A stretch of 64,000 nucleotides of DNA from Convolutriloba macropyga (lineage: Eukaryota), in contig NC_134473.1 of NCBI RefSeq assembly GCF_964194025.1, positions 71,238,001 through 71,302,000 on the forward strand, written 5' to 3'. Position numbers and translations under genes: made by a program. The notes under the pieces are model-generated. The model was not told the DNA's origin. It ran no database searches and was given only the letters and a program-made list of their open reading frames with translations. Every line of letters starts with the position of its first letter. The stretch's first letter is position 1. Below are positions 62,701 to 64,000 of the stretch, one piece after another.

Positions 62701-64000
62701 GTATTTATATCTGTGTATTAACTAGTATGCGGAATTGTGTTTCAATGTTGTTATAATTGTTTCTGCCTGCGGTGACTTAGTTGATGAACTGTGTTAGCGA
62801 AAAAATAGCAAAATGAGCAACGCTCTATTTAATGAAATGATCAATCTACTCAGGGAGAAATTTATTTACGTTATTTTTTAACTATGTGAGCCTTATATCA
62901 GTTTTTTGGCATAGAAAGCTCAGCAAAAGTTCGTATAACATAATTTTTGTTGAAACTAGTTATATATTAAATCGATTGCGCTCATTTTATGCTGAAAAAT
63001 TTTATGTTTCAAAAACTTTTCGGTGATCAACTTGAACCTAAGACCTGCCAAAAAATGTTACTAGATCTGCCGTATTGATGCATTTTTGAATACGTTTAAC
63101 TACAGTTGTACCTCGCCAGATGTCTTTATCGAAATTATGATGAATTAAACAATGTTCCTATAGAGTGTTCTTTCACCTATATTTTGCGCCGTTATATTTT
63201 TTGTCAGCTTTACACTGACGAATCGTCCTTTCATCATAGAGACACCCCCAAATTCAAGGGCAAACAGTAGTAACTTTTCCTCATCTGGAGTATCTACAGC
63301 TTGAACGAGCACTTCCTGTGAAGAGAGAGTTCTAGCCTTTGCGGAGTGGGGGGATTGCAAAGTGTTGTGTATAAGCTGCACGTCGACCATCAGCGACCGA
63401 TGAGGCCAAAACAAGTACAACGAAGTTGTGGAACTAAGCCAGACAGGAGGCCTCATGTCTCTAGGAAACAACATGTCAGGTGGGTGCAGATTTTGACAGA
63501 ACTCGAAATGGTGGCAAGTGCCGTTGGATCCAAAATGCAGACAACAAATGAAAGTAACATCATCAACAAACAACAAAAACACAATCTGAGTACTCTACAT
63601 AGATTGACATTCAACCAGGTGTGTCGAGAGTGCAGGTAGAGGTGCAGTAAAAATGTGATGCTCTCATCGAACGCAAGATGACAGAACTGTAAGACTCATC
63701 CAAACAAATCTAATTTTTGTCTTTGAAGTCCTATATTGATTATCGTAACCGGCAAATCTAACCCCCAGAGTCCATTTCATATCCTATATAGCAACTAAAT
63801 TCAAGTTGGCCGGGTAAACAATAACTCATTCTTACATTTTTTGAAGAAATTTTGGTCAACATCTAGAAATAATCAAACTGCGGTGATTTTTTAAGATAAA
63901 AGTAAAGCAAAAAAGTTTGAAAAATGTCACCTATTGTGAAAAAAATCATAGCAATTTATAGAAAAAAAGGTTTTTAATCCGGGATGCAATAATTGCATAA
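56705..64000. repeat. Tandem array of a ~1.49-kb unit (4.9 copies visible, continues beyond the window)
   Basis: Anchor GAGGAT(C/T)CCGATATTA at ~56713, 58210, 59707, 61197, 62685; the ORF track repeats with the same period. Confidence 0.98.

Overview
AT-rich, intron-containing eukaryotic (invertebrate-like) genomic DNA with three N-runs; no prokaryotic operons, rRNA or CRISPR. Three spliced host genes can be reconstructed by hand from GT-AG sites and intron phases. (1) A minus-strand GT10 alpha-1,3-fucosyltransferase-like gene (exons 9650-9785, 9054-9339, ~4621-4820), continuing left of the window. (2) A plus-strand membrane-protein gene resembling OCA2/P-protein (exons 35349-35682, 36169-36561 and probably 55192-55271). 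(3) A complete 4-exon, 297-aa secreted trypsin-fold gene on the minus strand (54727-54985, 49922-50024, 41252-41388, 40423-40817) in which all three catalytic residues are replaced (H57R, D102G, S195E); it appears nested antisense in an intron of gene 2. The rest is transposon debris and tandem amplifications: a decayed LINE (1-~3760), a truncated BEL/Pao LTR element (~11.3-14.7 kb), a full-length dead Tc1 element (30638-31844), many CCC...GGG MITEs with 2-bp TSDs and TCTGATCAGA palindrome arrays, a ~2-kb trimer (42.4-48.5 kb) and a ~1.49-kb tandem array (56.7 kb to the window end) that may carry a decayed DEATH-domain exon. All family assignments come from motif recognition by eye; no database search was run.
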